Assembly: GCA_002269645.1 (NCBI GenBank)
Contig: NIVC01004176.1
Span: forward strand, 1-56,619
Direction: 5' to 3'
Source of the DNA: Macrostomum lignano
Taxonomy: Eukaryota
Length of the DNA: 56,619 nucleotides
The notes beneath the pieces are model-generated. The model did not search any database. It had not been told where the DNA came from and saw nothing but the letters and a program-made list of their open reading frames with translations. A program made the translations under genes and the position numbers. Below, one piece after another: positions 35,277 to 47,090 of the stretch (position 1 is the stretch's first letter; every line of letters starts with the position of its first letter).

Positions 35277-38179
35277 ATGAAAGAGCCAATTGAACTGAAG
35301 TCGATTGTCACCGAGCGGAGACTGCTGAAGTATCCCGAAGTGTTCGGTAGTTTGGACCGAGGTAACTATACGCAATAGGCCGTATGAATAAAATGAGCAA
35401 TTGCTCAGACTCACACAAAATCTCAAGTCAGTATGAAAAAACGGAGCAGTGACTTCCGAGCAACAGCTCATTAGTTTTGACTTGAAAGTTGTTGTTCCGA
35501 GTGTCAGCGAAAAAATCCGGGGCTGAGCAAACTCTCCGGTCTGTATGAATAAACTCGGGCCATAGACAATCTTTTCTGAGCTGCAACTCACAAAATGTTG
35601 AGGCAGCCCTCTGCCTGCCTCAGCCATCTAGCTCGTATACTCTAGTGGTTGCTGTAACTAGCGCTTTCTAGTTGCTGATGTTCTTTGATTGAGTTCTTTG
35701 GCAGTATGGCTGAGTTCTTTGCTGCACGTGCTCCCGCTCGACGGAAGTTCTATCCGGAGCGCCGATCTTCCGACTTGACTAGAGACACGGAGTATGGTCG
35801 ACTCTACCGATTTTCTCGCACCAACGTGCAGTATCTGGCCGATTATAAAGAAGCTCAAGGGGAAAACAGAAAGAAGGATTCTACATAAAACACAAAGCAT
35901 ATACTCGTAGCATACTCTTAGAAAACAACATTTTTGTCTATGGTTCAAAGTATCGCAATATTGGAGTTACAACTCTGAGACCAAAAGTCTGAACTCTGAC
36001 TAGGAGTCCCAACTTTATTCATACTGACCTTGAGCAGATGCTCCGACTCGGAGCAAAATCTCAGACCTGAGCAGTAGCTCAGTCTCAGCGTTTAAGCTTG
36101 AACTCGCAAGTTATTGCTCATTTTATTCATACGGCCTAGGTCAAATGTCAAGGGAAATTAGAACTTAATTCAACTACGAGCGTAGGCTATGCCGAAGCTT
36201 TCAGCCTTGTAGTACACTAATTATCCTAACATAAAACCCAAGAAAAATGAGCATGGGTCCATGGCAGGCCATCAATACCATCTGCTATCGAGTATTCGCC
36301 ATTGGACGATTTTTTCCAAACTTTTCCCAGGATGTTCTCTTACAAAGGTTTTGTACGTGAAGCCCGTTCCCGAGAAGCCCGAGAAGGTGTCGCTTGAAAT
36401 GGCAGTTTATGCCAATAGCGACTTTGAACACGTGCTCGACTGGCTCGTTGCCAGGGCAACCGAAGAGGGCGTCACTAAAACTGCCAGACGAAAGTTTCGC
36501 GTCACTGGTGTCGGCGGTGAAAAGTTCAAGAATGAAATTGCAGCAACGACCTGCATGGGGTGAGTTATTTCGTGAGCCTTGGCTGATAGACTTGACGTTT
36601 ACATGTAGATGGTGGGTGATCAGCTATTTTTGCACATTGCGCCAACAGGATTGAATTCGTGGACGAGATCATGAGCCACCAGACCGGAGGTCACTTCCTG
36701 CTGAACAACTATGAAGACGACGTCTTTTGCTATGCGGATGGGCGGACAGCGGAGGAATCCAAGCCACCTGTTGAACTGCCACCGTGGATTGCTGCCTTGC
36801 AGAGTCGCATTGATGAGATTTTCACGTCGGCTGATGGTCATCGGCTGCCAGTGATCTTTGGTTTCTGTGGATCCGGCACAGTCATAAACAAGGTGCGCGT
36901 GCTTCAAAACAGTGTCGAAACTGCCTCATGCAAAGGTTTGGCTCTCAGTTCCATGTTGCCGTTTTGATTTAGTTTGAAGCGGCTTTTTAATTTCAGAAAA
37001 GCTGTAGTTGCTGTCTGTAGTGATCGAGAGACAAGCCGGTTAGGTCTAGTCTATTAGAAGAAGTTGGGTGCAAGTTGTCCTGCTTGTCCTGCTTGTCCTG
37101 CATATATATTCGCTACAATGAGAAGAGAAGCACACCTCGCATCTCGTTTCGATTTTCCCTCCAGCTAAATGAGGACGGTACAGCTGATATGCTCGGCGTC
37201 CACTGGTTCGGTGGCAAGAGCTTCCTGGGACTGTCGCACATGTTACTGGGCACAAACAACTATGATGAGATCATGGAGCTGGCTGCCAGAGGTGACAGGG
37301 GTAATGTGGACACTCAGGCGAAGGAGATGATCGATCAGGACGCCAAAGCCGAGTACAGGATGCTACCCGGCGATTTTCCGATGTTTCCGTTCGGCAAGTC
37401 ATCAGAGGGCGCCAGTAAGTTCCAGAGCGAATACTTTAAAGCTCCAATATTTCTTTCAAAAGACTCGAATGCCTGATTCGGATGTAGCATGACTATCGAC
37501 AAAAGTAAATCCGACAATTTTGAGCAGTTCCGACTGGCAGTTTTCGCCGCGAAGACGTGGCTGCGGCTGTGGTCGGTTGCATAGTCTCCGGCCTGCTGAC
37601 CCAAGTGGCCGCCTACTGCAAGTTGCACCGCATTCGCAGAGTCTACCTTGGCGGAAACTTCTTCCGAGCCAAAGTGGCCAGAGACATTCTGAGGGACTGT
37701 GCTGAAACTGTGCCGACCTATGTAAGGCTTGTCATTGGTTATAAAACTGACATAGCTAATCACTTTTCTGGGATTTTGCGCTCATGAAATTGTTCTGGAG
37801 TTCAGTTTCTGAGTCACATCGCTCTGAGGTTTATGCGCATGCATATGGAATAAGATTTGCTTGTAGATTTTTTAACGAAAGAACCAGTGAAACTCGTACT
37901 TTGTTTATTTGAAGTTGTGAATATTGATTGGTGAAAGTGACTCAAAAGGAAGTTCTTTGCTACCTACTTTAGCAAGGACTAATTAAGTAGTTAAAGTAGT
38001 TTATGTGCTCTAGTTAATGCGTTATCCACAGCAAGTAATCCATTTCATTGCAGCGGCCTCTGCGCTTCCATTTCATGTCCAACGGCCACACCGGCTGTCT
38101 GGGTGCCTTGCAGGCGTCGGCTGCGGACGCCGCGGAGATGCGGGCCAAGCTGAGCTCCATGAAGGTGGATGAGAAGTGA
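35277..38179 (+). CDS. Divergent type II pantothenate kinase (fumble/PanK)-like protein, 6 exons
   Basis: Phase-compatible exons 35277-35361, 36331-36559, 36649-36892, 37165-37414, 37528-37721 and 38054-38179. They yield SLDR|GCSLTKVLY, VTGVGG, FVDEI, FCGSG, FGGKSFLGLSHMLLG, AARGDRGNVD, REDVA, VYLGGNFFR and NGHTGCLGAL, collinear with PanK motifs. Confidence 0.85.
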
Positions 38180-40171
38180 ACATCTTCGCTGCAAGTGTCG
38201 CGCACTTGCACGGCGAAAAATGATGATGCTGTGACTTTAAAATGCGTGAATGAAATAAAATCGTGACTGCTCGACTGATCGACGTGATGGAGCTGAGTAT
38301 CTAGCCCGCGCTTTGTAAAATTTAGAAATTCAGTGACGTACAAACATAGAGTTTGTCTGACTCTTCTCATAGATGAAGCCATGAAATTTTTATCCGAAAC
38401 AAATTTCTGAGGGATAATTTGTGCCTGACTTATTTAAGCCCAAAATCGGCCCCTTCGGGCAAAATGTCTAAGTTAAACGATGTCACACGAAGCATGCGTT
38501 CTGTCGCCAGCTGGTTTAGTAGCTTCCAAATTAATGATCAGCAGCATTTTCCGGCTTTAAAGAAACATTTTACGCCAGAGTAACCCGGAATTTTCCGATC
38601 CCGGGATCCCGGACCTGCTCATAAGACGTTTCAGGATATCCCGGACTTAGGGGCCGACTCCCGGGCTCTCGGATCGACTTCCCTGTCAATTGTTAAGTAG
38701 GCTCGTATATTCATTCCCAAGGCTAATCGGAAAATCCATGATTTAATAGCTAACTTTGAACAAATCAATACAAAGCAAATTTGTTCAAAAAAAGATGAAT
38801 CAAAAACCAAAAACAATCCAAGGCGTTCTAAATTACCGCCTTGGCATAAAGTAGTTCAAAAATTACCTGGCGATGGGGTTGTCCGGACAGGGAAGTGACA
38901 CTCCCCCCCAAAAATAGGGCCCTGGTGAACCAGGCCAAGCCAGTTGGTTTCCAAAAATTTGCTTGGTAAGAAAAATTTGCTGTGTGCACAGAATTGTCTG
39001 TGATTTTGAAATAGCAATAACAGATTTTGACAATGTTGGTCTCGTTTTAAAGCTCAGAATAAATTTCCACAACTGACACAAAAATGAGCACGAGTTCAGA
39101 ACTTATGTGACACGAAAGTTAAAAGATAGGATTTTTAGCATGCTAGAAAATTGAACTTGAAAGTTGTGATGCAGAAAATCTTTGATTTTTATTTAGTCGT
39201 ACAACTTGGTTTTTGTAGAAAGTAACCCCTTTCAATTGTCGCCAGTTTCTTTAAAATTCGTTAAAAAATAAGAAAGTTTCAGAATATTGTAGTTTTGGAG
39301 GTGCCTCCAGTGTTCCCAAGCTGGGAGCTTAGTAAAGATTTCGGCTATATTGATCCAAAAAGTATGTTGCAGGAAGGACGGAAAAGTTTCCGTTGATTCT
39401 TCGTACCTTTGTTTATCCAACGAGTTGGCTGGGAACTTCGAAATGGATTGAGAAGTTTGCCAAGTCGATAGATCGTAAAGTCAACAGATTCAGAAAGCGA
39501 TCACAGAGGATGCGATTCGGGGATAATTTCTTAAAATTACGTTGTTACAGTGAATTTAAAATTGCCTCGATGAATATATGGGAATCAAATTGAAGGAAAG
39601 AGTTTAAAACTATTTCAGAAAAGATGTCGGCTTCAAATTACGAGTAAATGTCTCGTATTTCGTAAACTTTGTTGGTTTAAATTGGAATTGTAAAATCGTT
39701 GCTGAAGTACTCGTAGACTTTCGGTCTGCCTGTAAACCAGATCGAATATTAACAAAATAGTAATACATGGGGGTAATTTTTATATGTAAAAGCGCGTCAT
39801 AATCATGAGTCTTTAGGCTAATCTTCACTTGATCAAAGCTCTATTGCAGTTTAGCAGTAGAAATTTTTATGGAACGCATTGTGGTTGAAATGGTAGAAAA
39901 TACTCGTAGCTTGGTATTTCTACTTTCAAGTCGCAGTTCGTTGAAAATAAAAAAGCTGATCAGCTGACTTAAATAATAATAGAAGCGCTTTTAAATGTCG
40001 AATGCAGGTAGTACTGTTACTCGTGGGTAGTAGTATCGCAATGTAGTTAGGGCTCGGAGTTAGGATAGATTCGTGCTTCAAGCAAAATTTTGGTACATTG
40101 CTGCTAGCATAAAAAATTTGAAATTTGACCACTACAGGCCAAGCCAAGCCTGCTTAAAGGTACGCGTGAGC

Positions 40172-42775
40172 TCAGACAGCGGAAAACAACAAAGAATTAG
40201 AAACTGCAAGGCGATCTACTACATTTAGGAGAACAGAATGCAGAGTCCAGAATGCCGTGGTCGCGATCGCGCAGTTCTTCTCCACGACTGGTCGGACCGA
40301 AGGATCGGTCACAATCTGTTTGAGCTCCGAGCTCAGTGGTCGGAACACGGTCACTCCGCTAAGCAGCAGGCACTGCAATGCCCCGCATGGATGGGTTCTA
40401 ATCTCATTTGCTGGTGCGTGTCATATGCTCGTAGCTACACATTTGTCCTACAGCATGTCCTGCGTTTGTCCTACAGCATGTCCTGCATTTGTCCTACAGC
40501 ATGTCCTGCATTTGTCCTACAACATGTTCTGCATTTGTCCAACAGAATATCCTGCATTTGTCTTTAAAGCATGTCCTGAATTTGTCCTACAGCATGTTCT
40601 GCATTTGTCCAACAGAATATCCTGCATTTGTCTTTAAAGCATGTCCTGAATTTGTCCTACAGCATGTCATGCATTTGTCCTACAGAATTTCCTCACCATT
40701 CCGAAAATGACTGCGGCCAGCATCATCAGCATCGGCTTCTGTCGCGCAAGCCAAGGTACCGGACGACCCACTCTGGATGCAGAGAAGATCAGATGGACGC
40801 GAAGGGTCTTCACCAACTGACTCGCGTAGCAAGCAGTCAGGCTGAGCTGGAATGCGCAGTTCAAAGCATTGCACATTACGTGCGAGCTGTCTACAGCGAA
40901 CAGACCGAGACACGCTAGACCGAGGAGGTTCCCACACATGCACGTGACGGACAAGTGTATCGACGAGGCCTTGATGAGCTTGTGGTGTCGACGGTTGATG
41001 AACAGAGCGAGCACGACGACCAGGAAGATCGAGAGTAGAGCGAGACATGCCAGCAGCACAGGAAACTGCAGTCCGTCTCTCCACGCGTACACCGGTATCG
41101 ACTCGCAGCTCAGCCGGTCTTGACTGGGCCAGTGAAACTCCGAACACGACAGACACGACTTGCCATCATCCGACACGATCTCCTGTTTGAAGCACGGCTT
41201 GCACATAAAGCAGCAAGCATCTGTCTCCAACTTGATCTCGCCAGCACTGCACGGAGCACTGCAGAATGACTTTGGCAGTTCCGACTGAGCTGCATGCTGA
41301 TCGGAGCTCGAGTTCTGCCACCATCGAATAGGTGTGAGGTCGCTCAACGTAAGACCGGCTGACTCCATCCACGTTCCGACCTTCACCAGCTGACCGTCCG
41401 GCTGCTCCTGACGAATCTCGTAGGCCGGCGACCCGTCACCGTTCGAGTCGAAGCTCACGTTTCCGGTTCGCATGAAAGGGAAGCTGGAGTTCGCAAGCAG
41501 CTTCATCACCTTCGGACCTGTGACACATGCACTCACAGCCGTAACATTCGGCCACTTTGTCGCGCAATCGACCAGAGCGACACGCTCGATACACGAGACC
41601 AGAATGTTGATTGAGTCCAGAAGTCTTGCGACAGGAGCCACCTCAGAGTCGATTGATAGACTCGACTTTGAGCCGACTCTACAACTGCCGTCAGAGCAGC
41701 ACGATGCAGCGCTATCCAATGTGCAGTTGAACAGAAGTCGGAGCAGTTGTTCACCGAACGGATAGCCGAGGACCTCAGATCCGTTCAGTGAGTGGTAAAA
41801 CTGGATGAGGTCGGGCGTGGCGAACTTTGTAAACGAGGTATAGATGGCACCCGTGGTGAAATGTTTGTAGGCAACGGAATTCGCATCCGTTGTGATGATA
41901 ACTCCTTTTCTGCTACTTATCGCTTGGAGTAAGAATTCTGGAATGCTACTAAAGGTATCGAATACAAGAAAGCCACGCAGGTGGGGGTACTGACTCATCT
42001 GGGTGTCGACATCCTCCTTTGTCAAAAACATGTTGATAGGTAAAGTGAAAGCCACGCACACTGTCTGACCGAATTTGCTACTTTGCTGAAGCAGTAGACG
42101 CGTGTTCTGGAGCAGTCCTCTACCGTACACATCGTCTCTGTGCACGATTCCTACCATGGTCCAGTTGAAGTACTGCACGAGGTGTACGACTGCCTTGGCC
42201 TGGTAGCTGTCAGGAGCTACTTGACGGAACACGTTGGGGTAGAGCGTCTTGTCCGACAGAGCATCGCTGCTGCACTCGTTTCCGACCTGCGGCATGGAGT
42301 AGAGAGACAGCTGACGGGACACCAGCTGCGTCTCGCTGCTACGCCAGCCCGACACGACGGCATGAACGAAGTAGAACTTTTCTCCGAGGCTGGACACTAC
42401 CTGGTCGCAGAATCCGGCAGCCGCATCAAGGCCGGTCGGGTGTGTCCATGCCGGCCTAATCCGCTTCAGCATGTCCACCAGACGACGGTCCAGGTAGCAC
42501 GGATCAAGATGGAGCAGACCGAGGCGGAGATTGCGACTGGTCCATTTCGCATTGATGAGTTTAGCAGCGTAGTGCGGTGCCAGATTGCGCAGAAAAATTT
42601 GTTCGCTTATCATTGAATTGAGAGTGTCACAGTATTTATTCACACTTTGCAGAACGGCTAAGTTGATGAGGCCGTTCGGGACGCATAGCACCTGTCCAGG
42701 GTGGTACTGCACATTCTGCGCTGTAACTGTGTGTAAAAGATAAAGCGCAACAACTGTGGTTGCTGAGAGGGCCAT
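40172..42775 (-). CDS. Class C GPCR (metabotropic glutamate receptor-like), copy 1; truncated at the start of TM5
   Basis: Exon 42775-40697: signal peptide, Venus-flytrap (PQV...LSDKTLY...APDSYQAKA, WTMV, YGR), cysteine-rich domain (PKSFCSAPC..CCFMCKPC) and TM1-4. Exon 40372-40172 matches copy 2 only down to 40243, then reaches a stop after unrelated sequence. Confidence 0.88.
40440..40690. repeat. 23-bp minisatellite (ATTTGTCCTACAGCATGTCCTGC) in the GPCR copy 1 intron
   Basis: Read directly; the counterpart at about 52265-52465 has a different unit arrangement. Confidence 0.9.
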
Positions 42776-45499
42776 CGTTGCTAAAAATTTGCTAGTTTTT
42801 TCCGTTAAGACAGAAGAAAGAGGCAGTCCGTTTTGGCAGTTCAATTTTATGTTGAGCCCGAGACTGCCAGCAATTGGCTGCTGGCCAACCCGTGGGCGCC
42901 TTTCATCGGTTCAATTTTTATAGGCTCCTATTGTGCGACTCTGATGGAGATGGTTTCTGTCGTGGAACCGGATAGAGCTGGCTGACGAAGGTTTTTAGCT
43001 GAGTGATGTATGCGATCTTGGCTTTTACCAGAGTGTCAAACAGTCTAAGAGGAAATATAATTTACTAGCGTATGCAACCCAATAGGTAGCTATAAATTTG
43101 TCTCTTCGTTTGCGGATACAGGGCCATAAGGTCTAACGCAAACACTCAACTCATGATCCTTCCGATCTCTCTCGGCCTCATCAACCACTCATCAGTCTCT
43201 GCGACAGTTAACCAGGTCCAACCAGCTACAGGTGAGAGCTCGCCAAAAGTAAACAGCCCTGTACATTGTTCAAGTTTGGCCAGATAAAACAGAGGAAGAG
43301 AGCGAAAAAGATCTTTTAGCCTAAAACAGGAAAATTTAGTGAGCCAGCAAATATCGTATCAGCATGGCATTCCCCCCTATTGGGCCTGAGCTCTAGCAGG
43401 CCGGTCATCAGGCCCTTTGCGCATGATGCAGCAGATTCGGACAATGAAGAGCAAAGGCTGGATGAATGCTCCTCTCAGTCATTGCTTCACCGGTGTCATT
43501 TGCTATGTCCCATTTAGAATAGAGCTTGGCCGAATGATTTTTGCTAGCCAAGTTTGCAGCTCATTGCGGGTGATTCTGAGTATTACTTGGGATTAACTTG
43601 GATGTAAAAAGTCTGATATATGCCAACACTGATGACTTTGCGCACCCAAAACAAAGCAACTCGAAAACCTACAAAATGGTTTATACAAACGACCAAATGC
43701 TTGTTCCTGTCTTAGCGGGTGTAGCTCGTACTCAAAGTTTTACTTTTACCTGTTTTAATTAGTTTAAAAAGTTACTCGAGACAATTGTGTCGCTTAGGCC
43801 ACTCTATTGTGGGATCGTTTCGTGGTGTGGCAGTTCGGTCCTGTAACAGTTTTTTATATGACAGCTTGGTCATGTAACCTTCTTTCGTGTGACATTTCGG
43901 TCATAACCCTTTTGTCGTGTGGCAATTTGGTCATGTACTCGTATATCACCAAAACTGCATCAGTCAGCGATATTTGAAAACTACACAATAACAAGAGTTT
44001 GAAAACTTATTGGTGAGAAAATATTTTGAACGCCTGTATGCAAGTTTCATGTGAACACTTAGCTAGATCAGAGCCGTGCGGCATTAGGCAGCTCCACCAG
44101 TATCGCAGCAGTACTGCTGTCGCAGATCTTGGGTGTTGATGTCAGCAGTTTTCGTGTGAGCTTGACGCTCTAAGTGCAAGCCAACTTCATCAGGCTGAAT
44201 TTCTCCGTTTTTCGCTTGTGCATACCATTAGGCTGGCAAGCACAATGAACTTCCGTTTTGCACTGGTCTTGCTGTCCTGAGATGATCTGTTGATTGTCGA
44301 TGTTCGTGCTGCTGAGATCGTTGATGCTGCTTCTGCTGCTGCTGTTGTTTTTGTTGTTATTGACGGGCCCAGCTGGGTCACCTGGTCATTGGGCCGACGG
44401 GGACGGTCTAGCTGCAACATGGCACAGCCAGTCGTCATTGTCCCGCTCGCCTCTGGACAGGGGCCTTGCACCACCGCGTCGCCGCGCAAGTGTGCAGAGG
44501 GCATGTCGGCGAGCTTGCCACCAGGTCCACCAGGGTCAACCCCAGCGGAACCGTAATACCAGCTTTCGTGTCCGTAGCCAGCGGACCTTCCACGCCACGC
44601 CTGACAGTCCAGCACCGGCGGCCAGCCCCGATGGGGTCTAGCCAGTGTCTGGAGCTGCTCAGAGGCCTGCTGGATGTGAGGCTGCTGCTGCTGCTGGTGT
44701 AAGCCGAACTAAGTTGGGTGTGCCTTAGACAGAGGCTAGCGTTCGCAACGTTGGCGCCTACTTTTTAACTTTGGTCCCCTCGCTCCAGGCTCACGTTGGG
44801 TCCTCTCGTTGCCGTCCAGCCTCGGCCAGGTTACACGACCAGGTGCCCTAGGCCTAGCCTAATTCCGGTTCCTAATCCTAATCCTATCAACATTTTCCTA
44901 TGGCTCATAAGGCTATTCGTCATTTCGTAGGAAATTTTATTGTTCGCCAAAATACATTGAACAAAAGATCACTACAAGCTCGAATGTTTATTTTAGTTTA
45001 TTTATTTGTCCGAGATTTCGTCAACCGGGGTAAAAAAGAGTCTGCTACAGCTTCTTGTAAATTGTTCTCTGGATTGTACGAGGCGAGAATTCATATTTAC
45101 TAGCCTCCCAAGTGAGTCGGGGCAGCAGTTGAAGCTGCGCTGAGTACATTGCACAAGGGGAGAGCGAGGTGCAGCGGAAAGCAAAGAGAGACGCGTCGTC
45201 AGAGTTGACGATGCCCCTTGGCGTTTGAAAAGCACGCACCTGCAGTACAATAGCAACCCCCAACCCCGATCTAGCGACCAGTGTACACACGTACACTACA
45301 AAGGTTAGAGAGCAGATCAGTGTGCAAGACAACCCTAGCCACGTACACCCGATGGAAGGCGCCGCAGTTACACTTGTCCTCTTTTGAATGCATGACTTTC
45401 ATACCGCATGTAGCGAGGGTAAAGAAAGCATTAATACATTTGCTAGTGTATTAATGTTTGCACGGTAGACGTTAGGATTGGACCCAGTGTGATACCAAC

Positions 45500-47090
45500 C
45501 TCTTGTACTAGAGGTCTCAGGCTCGATTTTCAGGCTCGAGGAGTGACATCGAGGGCCAGCTGGGCATGGAGTGAGTAACGTCTCCATATTACTATATTTT
45601 GTTAGTCAAACTGACGTAAAGAAAAGCACGAATTACTTATTGCCATTTCATATTTATTTGTAACTCTCCGTTCGGCCCGTAGGATCGAAATCATGAGCGA
45701 GATTTTCTACCAGCAACGCGGACCCAAATTCCTCCAGAGCAATTTTGATGGTGCTTCATTTCACTACGAGGAAAATAGGGCAAAGCCAGGCGGCCCAACC
45801 CACCACTGGATAAGTGCCTCAGTGAGTGGTCGCCATCCAAAGCCGCATAAATCAACTGTTCAAAGCAGACGACGGTCACTAACTACATGCGATCTCCGCT
45901 TTCTTCAGAACCGCATCGGTATTCAGCAAGGCGCGCGCCAGTCTGTCAATAGGCTTTCAAGCTTTATTCACCATAATGCACTTTTTCTCAGTTGACTTCT
46001 TGAAGACACTGTCCGTGAAGACGCCAATAAGTCATCAAGATTCATGAATAAAGTCATTTTTCAACGCAATACTGATGCATAAAAATTGAGTCATAAAATC
46101 ATTATCGATTCAATGTGCATTATGTTGAGCCGTGAGCCGAGCTACTCGTGTCAAAAGTTTATTACACTTAAATGAGAATAAAATACACATTTCCACATGC
46201 AACCAGATAAACAACTGTAGGACGGTACGAGTACATCTGACGTACTCGCCACTAGCTGGTTTCGCGGGCAAAAGCACTCTGACTGTCCAAAGTTCTACTG
46301 GGCACCAATAGCTGCGACCAGCTGATGGAGTTGGCCAGCCGCGGCGACCGGGCGTCACGTTGACCCGCTGGCGAAGGAGATGATGGAGCAGGGCGTGAAG
46401 CCTACATCGGAACACCCTTCCCGTGGAGTGGCGTCGCGGGGCGACCCGCTCCAATTGTTCCGGATCCACTCACACTTGTGAGAAGATAGCGCAATCACCA
46501 GAGACTCGGTCTACCGCTTCGGCCTAGATCTGAATGATAAATGTGCAGTGTGCGAGGAAACCCGATAGCGCTGTTCACCTCCTCATCGACTGCCCGGATT
46601 ATCAACCGGCTCGTAGTCAGGTCTGGGGAGGTGGCTGCATCGACATAGACGACATCTTCAGAGACGCGAGCCTCATCTGCCGCTACCTTCGCAATGTGGG
46701 CCGCACGGACCCGCCCATTGACGATCTTGGCGGACGGACAGCCCCTGCCCCCTTGCCCGCGGCGAGGACAGGCGGGAGTGAAGAGAGAAAGAGAGAGCAG
46801 GGTTTGAACTCAGAGTATCGGATGATTCCAGGCGAGATTCGGATCTTCCCATTTGGCAAGGCGTCAGATGGGGCCTGTAAGTTGGCTGGCAATTTACACC
46901 AGCTTTGCGCTTGATGTTGACCTTACAATCTGATCACGGATGCGAACAGTTCCATCAGGCGCTGTCAGCCGAGAATACTGCCCTGGGTCGGCTATGAGGT
47001 GCCTCTGGTGACCTCACTCTGCAAAACACACGAGTCCCCCGAGTTTACTTAGGTGGAAACTTTCTTGGACCAAGAAATTATGCCTGCCGC
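45500..47090 (+). pseudogene. Decayed paralogue of the PanK-like gene (exons 2-5 equivalents)
   Basis: GIEIMSEI (45683), AIQSRINQLFKADDGH* with a GC donor at 45931, LLGTNSCDQLMELASRGD..VDPLAKEMMEQG / LNSEYRMIPGEIRIFPFGKASDGA|gtaagt and PRVYLGGNFL. Same splice positions as 35277..38179, but with stops, frameshifts and a LINE insertion. Confidence 0.85.
46394..46794 (+). mobile_element. 5'-truncated LINE (C-terminal CCHC-type region) inserted into PanK-pseudogene exon 4
   Basis: TSD GAGCAGGG at 46386-46393 and 46795-46802; encodes KCAVCE.PDSAVHLLIDCPDYQPARSQV; GA-rich tail. Confidence 0.8.

Noticed and set aside
35685-35888. ORF inside PanK-like intron 1 as an extra exon
   Set aside because: Exon 1 (35277-35361) splices in phase to exon 2 and completes the D-x-G-x-S-L-x-K motif without it.
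38400-40242. Transposon insertion splitting GPCR copy 1
   Set aside because: The missing TM5-7 half is not found on the far side and no TIR/TSD pair was identified, so it is treated as a duplication or conversion endpoint.
44190-44702. GC-rich ORFs with poly-Gln/Ala (possible exon or TSP1-like fragment)
   Set aside because: No consistent frame, recognisable motif or splice partner could be established.
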